From: Nemertoderma westbladi
Lineage: Eukaryota; Animalia; Xenacoelomorpha
DNA: 64,000 nucleotides
NCBI GenBank assembly: GCA_032718475.1
Contig: JAUCBJ010006587.1
Span: 65,640-129,639, forward strand
Direction of reading: 5' to 3'
The translations under genes and the position numbers were made by a program. The notes below the pieces were generated by a model. The model ran no database searches. It worked only from the letters and a program-made list of their open reading frames with translations, and was not told the origin of the DNA. Below are positions 1 to 13,723 of the stretch, piece after piece (within the stretch, counting starts at the first letter, position 1; the number at the start of each line of letters is the position of its first letter).

Positions 1-1188
1 TAGTCCCCCAAACTAGTACCCCAAAACTGATCTAGGATCTGAGTAGCATAACTTTATTAAGCCTACCGCGCTACCGGTCTGCCGGTAGGCCTACCAGCGT
101 ACGGAATTACTAACCGTGAAAGGAATACCATCAACGTTTCCAACAGCATAACAGTTATCACCAGCATTTACAGCTCCGGTTAAAACTTGGTGTCGATTCA
201 TTTCTCAAATTACCGTACAGCCGTTTCTGAATTACAGCATTTCCTGTGTTCCTTCCTGAAGGCTGCGGTACCGCCACCACCGGTACACTAGCTGACTAGT
301 CAGCTACAGCAACAGGATGTGCTGTTAGTTTAGAAAGCCAAGGCCTTGTAAAGTAATAGGCATATACAGTACATCAGTCTTAAACTCTCACGTCATAAAG
401 CTGTAAAGGTAAATACTGGAATAGGTACCAATAATAGTGTCAACAAATGGCTGAACACTGCCAATAGATACAGACAGGATTGGGATTAGTTATTCTGTTA
501 TTAATAATGAGGTCAGGAGGTAGGCCTAGCAGCCTAGCGGTACCGGTAACCTAGGCCTTCTACGGCACAGTCTGAACGGTAAATAGCAAAATGGAACAAT
601 TTTATTAACTTAAGGAACAAGTACATACCCGGTACCGTAAATAAACATATTATAGGAAAGGTCAAACTGAAAGTAAATGGTAGTACCGGCATGTACAGTC
701 GTACACGTATGTATGAATTTCATCGGTTAGCTAATATGGAACAAGTACATACCGTAAATAAACCTATTATAAGGATGGTCAAACTGAAAGTGAATAGTAG
801 TACCGGTATGTATGAATTGTATCGGGGGAGCAAACATTTGAGAAAATCATGACAAAACGTGCCGGGCATCTCTGGAAGGTCCGAGTCTAATAACAATAAA
901 CTCTTTGACAGCTCGTTTCAGCTTAGCGTAACTAGTAGAAAAGGGTACATAAATATCTTAAACTAATTAAATATTTTAGTAGAATGGGATATGGGGAATC
1001 TCAATAATGTATACAACTAATTCAACCCCGATATTAGAATTTTACAAAACCAAAATATTTTATTCGAAAAGACAAACATCTCAATATGGGATTAAAACCT
1101 GTATCTCAAATTTCTAGCCCAAAGGTCTACAATGTGAGCAAAAGCTCTATACAGTACGTTACCAAGTGAGCAAAATAAAAATGAAAAT

Positions 1189-1376
1189 TCGTTTCACTTT
1201 AAAGGTACAACTCACCGCGGGTGAGCCTAACTAAATTGGGTTTTCTACAATGTTACTAACTCTTGTTTATTGTTTTGGTTCCTTATTTCAACCCACCTCT
1301 GTAACCTGCTTCTATATGGCGAACGGTGGTAAGCCAGGCTCACCCGCAGTGAGCTTGTACCTTTAAAGTGAAACGA
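1189..1376. mobile_element. Small palindromic MITE-like element (~40-bp imperfect inverted repeats)
   Basis: Left arm tcgtttcactttaaaggtacaactcaccgcgggtgagcct is nearly the reverse complement of right arm aggctcacccgcagtgagcttgtacctttaaagtgaaacga. Non-coding. Confidence 0.55.
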
Positions 1377-4168
1377 TTTCTTATGACATTGGCCATATTC
1401 AGCCACCGTAACAAACAGTTTGAATATATTAGAAGTTTTGCTTTGCTGACCTAAAAAACAACACAGTATGCCAAAAAAACGTATCCGATTATTGGGTACC
1501 CCCCCCCCCCCCACCTCTTTTTTTTTTAACTAAGAAGCATTGGATACGTTGTAGTATAGGATAAAACCATGAAAGTCCAAGAAAGATAGCAAGCAGACAG
1601 CAAGTCAGACCACCTCCATGTACAAAAAGGAAGAAACCCAGCAGAATCCCTCAATGTTTGTAAAGGCCCACTATGTGAAGCTCATAAACAATGAGAGGTT
1701 GTTGCCTGATAACTTTACATTGTGTGTATGCGAGTCTGTGTAATAATCTACTTAACTTTTCGTGTAATCACTTTTGATTTCGATCGATACATAGCTGTAG
1801 AGTAGGCCTACAATATAATGCTTTTGAATTGCTACTGTACACACCAACTAGCAAAAATGTTCGCTGCGGGGGTTTTCCATGTCGGTGAATTCGATTTAAT
1901 TTCCTGGAGTCCTTTTTAATTAATTATAGTCATCATTTTTTAAAATTAATATAGTCAATGGGACATCTGTCCGACAGTATGTTTTGTCGGACAGATCGAC
2001 AGCCGCATCTTGAAAAATTCGAGATCTTGCTAAACAGTTTTAATATTTAACATCATCATGCTCATGAATCTTGATGAAATGAGAGAAAATGTGAAATTTA
2101 ATGTATAAGCAGCAGGCATAGTATGTGATGGTAATATCGTATGACATCCAGTTCTTCAAATTTGTTGCACTATGCTGTTAGTAGCTTTTAACTTGTCACT
2201 TTGTATTCAGAACAAGATATCGATTTATAAAACCAATATTCTAGAACAATATACTTGCATTTATACTTTGACTTTATAACATATTTTATTCGAAAATTGT
2301 AACATTACTCAACGCCGTTAGTATTAACAGCGAGTTGTTATTTAGCACTTGAAAACCTTACACTTAGCACCTTACACTTTACATTACAGCATTGTATTGG
2401 CCTGTACATTTAGTATTGTATTTGGTGTTATCAGTTAAGTAATGTCCCCTTAGTGGACATTACTTAACGCCGTCATTGGTTGCCACGTAAACAATACGTG
2501 GAAATTTGCCTGACAGCCAGATAGACCTACTGCATTACCTACAGGTAGGCGGGGTATAGCTATTAATAACCAGTAGCTATATTATTAACATGGCTCAAAA
2601 CGCCACCATAAATATAAGCTAACTTATTTATAACAAAATTTATGTCATTTTTACATTTATTTATACAGCAACTAATTTAATTTGTGCAGTTTCTATCACT
2701 TATAATATATATACCATCATTTCGTATTGTTAAAATTTTGGAATAAAACTACATACATACTTGTTGCAAAGTACTTTAGTGTTCTGATCCTCGTGGCTTT
2801 ATTTTCACTCACTCACTAACGTTCGTTCGTGTAACGAAGCACTCGGATCATCACACTGTAAAGTGCTACTTTACACACAAGTATGAAAATAGTTATTAAA
2901 TTCATTTCATGTAAATTATATTGATTATGTAAATATGTTGTAAAATATACGTAAAAAGAAAGAATCAAATATCGTAAACAATTTATAAAAAACTTGTATT
3001 TTTACACTTCTGACACTCGTTAGGTTTCCCCATTCGCTGCGCCCGTATGGAATAAATAATATAGTGGGTTACATAAAATATTGGAATAAATACAGTTATG
3101 ACCTCTAGGTAAATAAGAGATATCGGATAGAGCGATAATTATATCCGATTTTATTCTATTTACTGTTGCAGGCCTCTCTCTTAGCAGCGTAAAGGAACCA
3201 ATGAGAATCCTACTGTAGTAGGCTACGATAATTAGTTAATTCAATTTTCGAATAAAAATATGTTCTGAAATCGGATCGCTCAGAGGAAAAACCTTTCAAC
3301 GCGAAGACTTTTCAAAGAAACTTTAATCGGTAACACTCGTTGCCATTGTGAGCCAGGGTTTCACCTGGCCAAAATATGGATGTGGCCAAAATAGTATTGA
3401 CTATTTAATCCTGATTGCGATTCTGAAACTCATTTTGCAAGATATAAAACGGTTGAACGAGTATTTTACTTTGGATTACACAGCGTAGTGTGATAAGATA
3501 AGTCGAGCGGATGTTTTAGTTTCTATTATACCAGGAAACGCTGATTATAAAATAACATATAAATGCAAATATTTGGTTATTAAGGAGGTCGAATTTATTA
3601 TTTTATAGATATTTAACTAAACAATCAGATTATTACAATAAAATGAAACTGTAACCTGTTCTATTGAATCTTGTTTATTGTTTTGTTTAGAAAACATGTC
3701 ATTGTAACCTGCCCCTTTCCCTTAATTTTAATCTAATTTATTTAATTCATTTATTTATTTCAATTTAACATTGAGACGAGATATTAATTCGCCGAGATTG
3801 GATTTGCGTCAACCACCCCCCCCCCCCCCCCCCCCACCCACCCCTCAATTATAGTTGGAATTGTCTATGATGACGGAAATTGGAAAATAATTGGGTGCCA
3901 TTTCCTCCAGTGTGAAACCATCCGCCCGCTAACTGCCAATTAAGGGAAAGGAACAGGTTTGCTGGAAACATTTTACGCATTTAGTGTGCAGCATCGATTG
4001 TAAAATATAATCCAGTGATAAAAACAAAGTCATATTTGGTTATGAAACTGATTCTAGTTATTTAACATTCAATTGTAATTTTTTAGTTATAATAACACTG
4101 AAAGACCTACTATATTTTAATATATTACAAATAGTTAGAGTTTAAATCGAAATGTTTTAATGATGTTC

Positions 4169-7100
4169 TTATATGAGATCCATATCAATATCTAGGTCGT
4201 GCATTGCACTTCCGCTGGGCACCTCCCCAATGAGACCGCCCAAACCCCCGATCTCACCCAGACTATCCGCCGGAAGAGGCGACCCAACCACCACCGGACT
4301 CTCCATACCAATGTCCTCATCGTCATCATCGTCGTCGATACCTCGTTTAAGGTATCCCGTATCGAACTGCTCCCCAATGTCACTACTATCTTCCTCAAGA
4401 TAATCGGCTTTGCGTTTCTTCGAAACATCGGGAATGTTTCGCAAATCATCCGTATCCGAGTCTAACTCCTCGAGATCAGACGTAGAAATATCGTCCGGAC
4501 CGATGTTGGAGAGATCGATGCTGGGCGTGTCAAACTCACCAGCGGCATCAACGTTGTTAGGAGGCTCCACAGGTTGTTCGACTTGAGAGGCAGACCTTCC
4601 ATTGCGTAGTAACTTTTTCATCCTGTCCGTCCATTTCTCACTATCTGCCATTTCATCATTTCCATCTTCATCAGTGTCGCTAAGTTTGAAATCCCCGCGG
4701 GAATTCTCTTCTCCCAGGCTTTCTGAGTTGTCGGACAGATAGGCGATCTTCTGTGCGCGCCAATCCGCGCTGTCCCCCGAGTAGTCTGAGTCGGAGGAGA
4801 CCTCGACAACGGCATGCCACGAACGCAACTTACCGGTCCGCGGGTCGTATCGCACGCGCTTGGTTCGCATCTCGCCCGCGGCCTCGCCCTCGCCCAGCTC
4901 GTAATGCACGCGCTCGTGCTGCTCGCAGATGGCGCGCCGCGCGTACGGGATGCGGCAGACGCGGCAGTAAAACAGCCGGCCCTCATCGACGCCGGCCAGA
5001 CCGACAACGCCGCCCTCGAGATGTAACTTCCGGTGGAAATCGCGATAAGAAACGCGATTAAACGGCGCCAAACAAATATCGCAGGTAAACATGGGGCCGT
5101 GCCCGCGCTGGTGCTGTTCCAAGTGGCCCCTTAGAGCGGTCTGCTGCGTGCATCTAATGCCACACACTTTGCACCGATAGGGTTTCTCACCGGTGTGACT
5201 GTAAGTGTGCGTAATAACGCTACGACGTGTTTTAAATCCTTGACTGCAATATTTACAGGCGAATTGCATGTTTGTATTATTGTGGCTCAGTAAATGACGT
5301 CTATAAATGACTTCGTTAGAGAATTTATTGTTGCAGACGGAACATGAGAAAACCCGTTGGATAGGGCGGAACCCGGCACTGGGTCGTTTAGCCTTGTGTC
5401 TCACGGCCGTCGCTGGTTTTGTACGCGCGTTCGTGAAAGCGGCCCGGGGATTCGCTCCGTGATAAATAACCTGATGGAACTTAATATCCGCCCCGGTGTA
5501 GGACCGACCGCCGCACTTCGCGCAGACATCCCTGGCCCCCGGCGCGTGGGAGCATTTCTGCAACTCCGCGAGGGTGTAACAGTAGACACCGCAGGGGCAC
5601 CTACGTTCCGCTTTCCTCCCTAACGGTATGTAATGCTGCAGTAGCATATGCTGGCTGCAAGCGTCCGCGGTGGGGAATGAGATCCTACAAAGAGCGCATC
5701 GCGTGGGCCACGATGTCGCACTACTACCGGTGACGTTGTCCGCGCTAACGAGATCGTGCGAACCACTAACGTGTTCCGCTAAAGAGCGAACCGTTGTAAA
5801 CATAACGCCGCAAAGATTGCACTTAAACCGGGGAAGGGGTTTGGGATGCGCCGAGGCGATATGCTCCTCCATTATCTTCTTACTCGGGAATATTAAAGGG
5901 CACTTTGAGCAGGAGATGAGGCCGGAGAACTGGATGTGCTGGGAGAGGTGATCGAACCAGTCCACAAAGAAGTCAAACACAGTGTTGCAGTTAATTATTT
6001 GGCAGGGGAAGTTGACTCGCCAATCTCCTCGTCTATAATGATCCAACTCATGGATTTCAAGGTTCGCATGATCAGTAAACTCGGCCTCGCAACGCCAACA
6101 CGAGTAAAACCCTTGAAACAAGTGCGATTTACAATGACGATGGAGGTCGTTGATGCTCTTGAACGTCTTTTTACCGCACTGCACACACTGGTAGCGGTGA
6201 TCGGCCACCTGTTGGTGGTCCAGACGATCTTTGCTAGTTGTAGTATCGGCCACCGGGTCATTCGTCTTGCTTATCGATGTTTGCGGATCCAAATCGCCGG
6301 ATTTATTGATTTTATTATAAACTTCAGCGAAGGTTCGAGGCTTGGCATTGTTTGAATCGAGGTTGTATCTTTTTAATAGGAATGACACCGCCTGGGCGGA
6401 ATCGCTGGGCTTCGGTGCTGCCGATTTAGCCAACTTATCGTCCGCTGGAGACGCATCGGTACACCAGAAACAGAACTTGGGACGGAATCCACGAAGTTTC
6501 GCTTCGCATTGTTCGAAATGTTTCTCTAAGTCCAGCGACTGCCAGTACGTTGTGCCGCAATAAACGCAGGCATAAATAGATCTGCGACACACGTGGCGTT
6601 CTTTACGCGATAAAGTATCGAAGTTGACGTTACATTTAGTGCAAATGTGCAAACCTCCGTCGGAGGAGGCTTTGGTACCACCCATAATAAATACAGATGG
6701 GTCAGATATATCCAGGCGTTTGAGGTCTACAGTGACAGCTGAGTCCACCAACTTGTTAGAGAGCGATGGAACAGCGCCAATAGTCTTAGGTTTTTGCTTC
6801 CCGGGTTGTTGTATCTCCCCGGGTTCAATGTTTGATGCGCCAGACATAGCAACCGATTCCTCGGGTCCAACATTAGAACCAATCGACTTTGCTAGGCCTA
6901 CACTCTTTGCCGACGACCTTGTACACACAGTATGTTGTGTTTGGATTTTAGCTTGAACGACGGGGGTTTTAGGTAGTTCACCGCGAGTGGGTAGAATTCG
7001 AGTTGATGTTTGACCCTGCATGGAAACAGTAACCTCACCTTCTTCTAAATCACCTGACTCAGATGAACTCATTTTAGTAGAATTGCTATTCTTACTTAAA

Positions 7101-7558
7101 TAAGACTCCGATACCGGTAGGGTTGAAGAATTTATATCAACATCCACTTCCAAATCAGCAAGTTCCTCTGAAACTGCAGATGGAGAAATTTTAAAATCAT
7201 CTAGTTGCCCAAAATCATTTGAAATATCATTACATATGTCGTCATCGTCACGAGCCATATCTGAAGCTAATCCCTTTGCTAAATTGGCAACGAAGACGTC
7301 GTTGTCGGTTTGTTTAAAGAGGGAACCATTATCTTCATCCACATACCCTTCCATGTTGTCACCACTCGTTATAACTGGCAATTCTTTAGTTGCAAAATTA
7401 AAATTATCTGAAGGTCCGTCAGATAGCGTTGGCTCAAATTCGTCCATTTCATCGCCAATACTGGTTTCATTCCAAGAAGAAAAATTAGGCAGAGTATCCT
7501 GCAAAGCCTCTACTAACACTCGATTATCGCTAATATTAGAGTCTATGGAGTCATCCAT
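4169..7558 (-). CDS. Multi-C2H2 zinc-finger protein, 1129 aa, single ORF
   Basis: More than a dozen CxxC...HxxxH/C motifs, one canonical HTGEKPY linker, acidic low-complexity N- and C-termini. Uninterrupted 3.4-kb ORF. Confidence 0.9.
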   Translation of the reverse strand: MDDSIDSNISDNRVLVEALQDTLPNFSSWNETSIGDEMDEFEPTLSDGPSDNFNFATKELPVITSGDNMEGYVDEDNGSLFKQTDNDVFVANLAKGLASDMARDDDDICNDISNDFGQLDDFKISPSAVSEELADLEVDVDINSSTLPVSESYLSKNSNSTKMSSSESGDLEEGEVTVSMQGQTSTRILPTRGELPKTPVVQAKIQTQHTVCTRSSAKSVGLAKSIGSNVGPEESVAMSGASNIEPGEIQQPGKQKPKTIGAVPSLSNKLVDSAVTVDLKRLDISDPSVFIMGGTKASSDGGLHICTKCNVNFDTLSRKERHVCRRSIYACVYCGTTYWQSLDLEKHFEQCEAKLRGFRPKFCFWCTDASPADDKLAKSAAPKPSDSAQAVSFLLKRYNLDSNNAKPRTFAEVYNKINKSGDLDPQTSISKTNDPVADTTTSKDRLDHQQVADHRYQCVQCGKKTFKSINDLHRHCKSHLFQGFYSCWRCEAEFTDHANLEIHELDHYRRGDWRVNFPCQIINCNTVFDFFVDWFDHLSQHIQFSGLISCSKCPLIFPSKKIMEEHIASAHPKPLPRFKCNLCGVMFTTVRSLAEHVSGSHDLVSADNVTGSSATSWPTRCALCRISFPTADACSQHMLLQHYIPLGRKAERRCPCGVYCYTLAELQKCSHAPGARDVCAKCGGRSYTGADIKFHQVIYHGANPRAAFTNARTKPATAVRHKAKRPSAGFRPIQRVFSCSVCNNKFSNEVIYRRHLLSHNNTNMQFACKYCSQGFKTRRSVITHTYSHTGEKPYRCKVCGIRCTQQTALRGHLEQHQRGHGPMFTCDICLAPFNRVSYRDFHRKLHLEGGVVGLAGVDEGRLFYCRVCRIPYARRAICEQHERVHYELGEGEAAGEMRTKRVRYDPRTGKLRSWHAVVEVSSDSDYSGDSADWRAQKIAYLSDNSESLGEENSRGDFKLSDTDEDGNDEMADSEKWTDRMKKLLRNGRSASQVEQPVEPPNNVDAAGEFDTPSIDLSNIGPDDISTSDLEELDSDTDDLRNIPDVSKKRKADYLEEDSSDIGEQFDTGYLKRGIDDDDDDEDIGMESPVVVGSPLPADSLGEIGGLGGLIGEVPSGSAMHDLDIDMDLI

Positions 7559-8046
7559 GACCGATTATGACTTTAGGCCTATATAACAGAATAAACGCTC
7601 CACCCCACCAATGAGTAAAGTAAGACCTATTCCCTAGTCATGCCAAAGTTATATTCGGAAAATCAACACACTAGTCTATATACCGTAATCCGGGGTAACT
7701 TGATATACTTTTTACCTTTAACTGTGAATATCTTTTGAAGTTTCTATCCTATAGAGATGGCATAAAAAGAAAATTTGTTAGACGGGATAAGTAATACATC
7801 ACTACTGCACCAGACTAATGCACTATTTGAGGTGTTTGGTCTAGTGGTGTTTTTATTTTAAAAAGCAACTGTATCAAGTCAACCCACAGAATGGGGTGAC
7901 TTGATACATAAGCAAATTTTCCGCAAAATAATAGGGCACTTGTGTCAAATAGGGGACCCTCATAACCTGCTAATCCTGAAATCGCATAAACTGAAGTCAC
8001 TAGTGCCCGGTTAGTAAAGGAGCAGGTTACAGAGGCGAGTTGAAAG

Positions 8047-9258
8047 GGGTGCTGGTCACCTCGCCGCACTGCCACTTCGCCGCAAGTCATCTCGCCGCAG
8101 ATAATGTGGGCGAGGTGTCTTGCGGCGAGGTGTCTCACTGTGAATGCCATTTCGCCGCAAATTATCGGACACCTCGCCGCAAGTCAATATTAATCATTTA
8201 TTTCTATATTTACAGGAAAGCCTACTTATGGCATTGGACATTATTATAAGAAGAAATAAAATAATACGGTAAGGTTTGTTGTTCTATTATAATTACTGAA
8301 TTATATTACATGTTAATATAGATACAGTAAGAGTATTTGAGTAACGTATTCAGATTATAGTAAAATACGGTCATAGAGATTCATAGAGGATATGAATGAC
8401 ATAATGAGTATTCTGACATAGAGGTCAGATCAGAATACGGTCATTGAAGTTGTTTCCATGTCATTGATTACGGTACTTTGCACCGTTAGGAGTAATTCAC
8501 CAGAACGCTTTTAAGTTGACATAATGTAACAATAACTATTTACGTACATGTACAATGCGTTCACGTAGTTTTTGTAATGCAGTAACTAAGTACGGAAACG
8601 GAAGTAAGGCAACATAATGTAATAAGGTTAATACTGTATGTTTATGTTAACCGATCACAGTTCTTAATTACAAATGTAATGTTCTTAGTGGATTGATATA
8701 CTTATATTTGTTGTCAGTCACTTTTTTTGTTAAGAGCAAAATTATGGTCGAATTACATTTCAAATTAATTTCCATGACATTAATAATAATATTGCATTAA
8801 ATATTATAATTTTCTTTAATTTCTTACATTACATTTATTTATTTGTGTGGAATTAATATCACACTACCAAATCGCCAGGACAAATTTAAGAAATTCCAAC
8901 AAATAATTATTTATTACATGGTAAAAAAAAGTAGAACATTATTTCACTATTCTCGAGGCATTTTTAATACGTTACTCAAATACTCTTACTGTATCTATAA
9001 TAATACAGTAATTATAATAGAACAACAAACCTTACCGTCTGACCGTATTATTTTATTTCTTCTTATAATAATGTACAATGTCACACTAGGCTTCCCTGTA
9101 AATATATAAATAAATGATTAATATTGACTTGCGGCGAGGTGTCCGATAATTTGCGGCGAAATGGCACAATGGCACTCACAGTGAGACACCTCGCCGCACA
9201 TTATCTGCGGCGAGGTGATCTGCGGCGAAGTGGAAGTGTGGCGAGGTGACCAGCACCC
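8047..9258. mobile_element. Non-autonomous DNA transposon with ~300-bp TIRs and 8-bp TSD (possibly Mutator-like)
   Basis: Termini gggtgctggtcacctcgcc / ggcgaggtgaccagcaccc. Inverted similarity runs ~8047-8350 vs ~8966-9258. GTTGAAAG flanks both sides (8039-8046, 9259-9266). The superfamily is inferred only from TIR and TSD length. Confidence 0.85.
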
Positions 9259-9414
9259 GTTGAAAGGAACCAAAACAATAAAAGAGAGTTAGGAATATTG
9301 TGGGGGTGACTTGGTACACCTTGGAAGTTTGAAAAAAAGAATGAAGTCCCCACCTAATGCGCTAATGGGGATATAAAATTATGGCTAAAATTAAATGCAG
9401 AAATATAAAAATAA

Positions 9415-9805
9415 CTCGGTCCGACTAAACACCCAAATCACACAAAATTGACCAAATCACAACAAATCAAAATCAGACCAAATCACACAACAAATTCTAA
9501 TCTTTATTTTTTTCAAATCGTTTATTGTTTTGGTTCCTTCTGGCTACCACTGCAGCACTGTAAATTTTTTTTTGTGATTTTGTGTGATTAAGCCTACTGT
9601 GATTTGTTGTGATTTGGTTTTGGGATTATTTTTTGTGATTTGGTTTGTGATTTGGTGCTTGGTGGTGTGATTTGGTTTGTGATTTGTTGTGATTTGGTAT
9701 GATTTGTTGTGATTTGTTGTGATTTGTTGTGATTTCAGGATTTGGTGTGATTTGTTGTGATTTGGCAGTTTTATTATTTTTATTTAATTTGATTTAGACG
9801 GACCC
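9415..9805. repeat. Foldback/MITE-like element with ~10-bp subrepeats (aaatcacaac / gttgtgattt) in opposite orientations
   Basis: Ends ggtccgactaaa / tttagacggacc. Flanked by direct repeat aaatataaaaataa (9401-9414, 9806-9819). Confidence 0.5.
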
Positions 9806-11789
9806 AAATATAAAAATAATTTTTGAACAACCTTAACCCAAATGGCAAATTGTCAAAAAATCGACCTATATTTTGACATCGAAAAAAAAGTGAATTTTTG
9901 AAAAATGAATTTTTGGTTCTAGTGATCACAAATGCGAAGCAATGACAAAATTTATTTTACTATTTGACAGACAATTTATTCAGACATCATCTAATATTTC
10001 AATTTTTATCATAAAATCAAGCTATCACAGTATCACCCACAATCCAGCAATCTGTTAAAGAAAAAAGTATAACTTGCTGTATCACAGTATCAAGTCACCT
10101 CAATGTAAGAAAAAATTGTAGGCCTACAGTATAGGCTGATAGGAGTATAGCCTATACAGCTATATAATATATATACCGTACTACAGTACTACTGTACTAT
10201 AAAAAATATATTCGAGCCTAGTACCAGTACGTACTAAATGACAGAATGAAATCATTGTGCCTAAGCTGCTTAGGCTTATGACAGTCAGACAGTATGAATG
10301 GAATGGAACAAAAAAATGGAATGAGTAAAAAAAAACATTAGAATTATGGATACATGACCGAACGTAGTCAGGATCGAATGTAACATAGTTATTAGGCCTA
10401 TGTATCGAACGTAACCGCAATTACTGAATTATGTTACATTGACAGATTGAATCCTATAACTATCAGACTTTATGTTACATTGACAGATTGAATCCTACAA
10501 CTATCAGACTATCTGACTATGTTACATTTGATCTACAAATTACTAAGCTCGAATGTAACATTGCCATTTAAAGGAACAGGTTACAGAGGCGTGTTGAGGG
10601 AACCAAAACAATAAACGAAAGTTAACACATGTTACAAGATTATGCAAGTTACCGGTACTTTTATTTAAACTGTTAAAGGAGCAGGTTACAGAGGCGTGTT
10701 GGGGAACCCAAACAATAAACGAAACTAAATAATAAATGGGGGGGGGGGGGGGGGGGGGGGGGGGGAGGCGGTTCTAAATTCTAAGGTATCTAGCAGCAGA
10801 GCAGTCTACAGTCTAGATTATATTCCAAAGTCGAAAAATAAAGCTGACGGTGGACGGGGGGGTGGGTTGGATAGGCCTAGATAAATACTGAAATATTGTC
10901 ATGTACTGAATAGGCCTACTGAAATAGTCAACAGACGATTTTTAGCAGCTTGTCTTCTTGTTGTATCGAAATAGTTCAGACTGTCAGAAATTAAAAAATC
11001 CGGCTCTCTCAGGCAGTCAGCAGGTCAGCCCAGCAGTAAGAAACAGATAAAAGTTGTCGAACTCGAAATATCATCATACTAAATCTTCGGCGTACGGCAG
11101 TACGGCGTACCTGTAAAAGAAACTGGCTGACTGGTACCGGTTGCCGGTACCGGCTGACCGGTACTACTGTACTACGTTAAAGTTTGGCGCGGAAGATACT
11201 ATATTTAGAAATTGTGGACACAAAATAAAATACTGTACAGAAATACTGTAGGTACCTACGGCTGTACGGCAGTACGGTACCGGTTGTTCCTATACCTGTA
11301 TACCAGTACTGCAGTATACAGGTATACCTGTATAAGTGTATACCTATGCTATAAGCAGTTACTGAGTTATGATACCGGCACACGGTACCGGTGGTATTCA
11401 GATTCAGTGCCTGGTACATCAGTTGATCGGTTTGACTGCCTAGACTAGCGCTTAGATGTTGAATCTACAACTCAGAAATCAGCCACTCAGGTAATAGGAA
11501 TAATAACCTCATTAAATATTAGCCAATTAGGAGACAACTGCTACACAGGCGTATTGAAAGAATTTTAAAATAAGCAGACTAATAGCTTGCTGCACGTTAT
11601 TTCAACAAAACGGGCAGTGCTAAAATGCACAAAGAGCCACACGGATCCAAAAATGACCATTACACTATGAAGCAATGAGGCACCAACCCACTCCGACACA
11701 GGAGATGTTGCACAGAGTTAAATTAATACCATCAAAGTTAATTCTGAGCACCTACAAATGTTAATGAAGGTAATAAAATGGTGTCGAAG

Positions 11790-13540
11790 CATGTCAGATA
11801 CTGTACAAACGGATCCAAAGCATGTCAGTATACTTTGCACACGGACCCAAAGGATGTCAGATACTTTGCACACGGATCCAAATGATGTCATATACTTTGT
11901 ACACGGACCCAATGGATGTCAGATACTTTGCACACGGACCCAAAGGATGTCAGATACTTATGAACACGGACCCAAAGGATCTCAGATACTTTGAACACGG
12001 ACCCAAATGATGTCAGATACTTTGAACACGGACCCAAAGGATGTCAGATACTTTGCACACGGACCCAAAGGATGTCAGATACTTTGCACACGGACCCAAA
12101 GGATGTCAGATACTTTGCACACGGACCCAAAGGATGTCAGATACCTTGAACACGGACACAAAGGATCTCAGATACTTTGAACACGGACCCAAAGGATGTC
12201 AGATACTTTGCACACAGACCCAAAGGATGTCAGATACCTTGAACACGGACCCAAAGGATCTCAGATGCTTTGAACACGGACCCAAAGGATGTCAGATTCT
12301 TGCACACGGACCCAAAGGATGGTCAGATACTTTGACACGGACCCAAGGGATGTCAGATACTTTGCACACGGACCAAAGGATGTCAGATTCTTGCACACGG
12401 ACCCAAAGGATGGTAGATACTTTTGACACGGACCCAAGGGATGTCAGATACTTTGCACACGGACCCAAAGGATGCGAGATTCTTTGAACACGGACCCAAA
12501 GGATCTCAGATACTTTGAACACGGACCCAAAGGATGCCAGATACTTTGCACACGGACCCAAATGTTGACAGATACTTTGCACACGGACCCAAAGGATGTC
12601 CGATAATTTGAACACGGACCCAAAGGATGGTAGATACTTTGACACGGACCCAAAGGATGTCAGATACTTTGCACACGGACCCAAAGGATGCCAGATACTT
12701 TGCACACGGACCCAAATGATGTCAGATACTTTGCACACGGACCCAAAGGATGTCCGATAATTTGAACACGGACCCAAAGGATGGTAGATACTTTGACACG
12801 GACCCAAAGGATGTCAGATACTTTGCACACGGACCCAAAGGATGGTAGATACTTTTGACACGGACCCAAGGGATGTCAGATACTTTGCACACGGACCCAA
12901 AGGATGCGAGATTCTTGAACACGGACCCAAAGGATCTCAGATACTTTGAACACGGACCCAAAGGATGTCAGATACTTTGCACACGGACCCAAATGTTGAC
13001 AGATACGTTGCACACGGACCCAAAGGATGTCCGATAATTTGAACACGGACCCAAAGGATGGTAGATACTTTTGACACGGACCCAAAGGATGTCAGATACC
13101 TTGAACACGGACCCAAAGGATCTCAGATGCGTTGCACACGGACCCAAAGGATGTCAGATTCTTGCACACGGACCCAAAGGATGGTAGATACTTTTGACAC
13201 GGACCCAAGGGATGTCAGATACTTTGCACAAGGACCCAAAGGATGCGAGATTCCTTGAACACGGACCCAAAGGATCTCAGATACTTTGAACACGGACCCA
13301 AAGGATGCCAGATACTTTGCACACGGACCCAAATGTTGACAGATACGTTGCACACGGACCCAAAGGATGTCAGATAATTTGAACACGGACCCAGAGGATG
13401 GTAGATACTTTTTACACGGACCCAAATGTTGGCAGATACGTTGAACTCGGAACCAAAGGATGTCAGATACCTTGAACACGGACCCAAAGGATGTCAGATA
13501 CATTGAACACGGACCCAAAGGATGTCAGATACCTTGATAC
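11790..13540. repeat. 31-bp minisatellite, consensus acacggacccaaaggatgtcagatactttgc, roughly 55 units
   Basis: Directly visible head-to-tail units without unique spacers. It generates the many repetitive ORFs in the track. Confidence 0.95.
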
Positions 13541-13723
13541 CTTAAAATTACAAAAAGAAAGAAGGTCAATTTCTTTAATGTTGCGCGAAAATAATAATTT
13601 ATTAGTTGACTATCGATTATTAATTAATTATCTAACATGGAGGTAATAATTGAAGGTAAGATAAATAAATGAACGGTTATATATAGTCGGTTAAAACTCA
13701 ATTTATCGATAGGTGTAGCTGAT

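Noticed and set aside
4173-7586. Plus-strand and alternative-frame ORFs overlapping the zinc-finger gene (similarly those antisense to gag, pol and LINE RT)
   Set aside because: Shadow ORFs of real coding sequence with no domain features.
7681-10105. Tc1/pogo-like element starting TAccgtaatccggggtaacttgata
   Set aside because: Subterminal-like motifs recur (7871, 7893, 9303, 10088) but I could not find a matching right TIR.
11790-13540. CRISPR array or repetitive protein gene
   Set aside because: Contiguous 31-bp units without unique spacers, no cas genes, eukaryotic context. ORFs appear in all frames on both strands because of the repeat.
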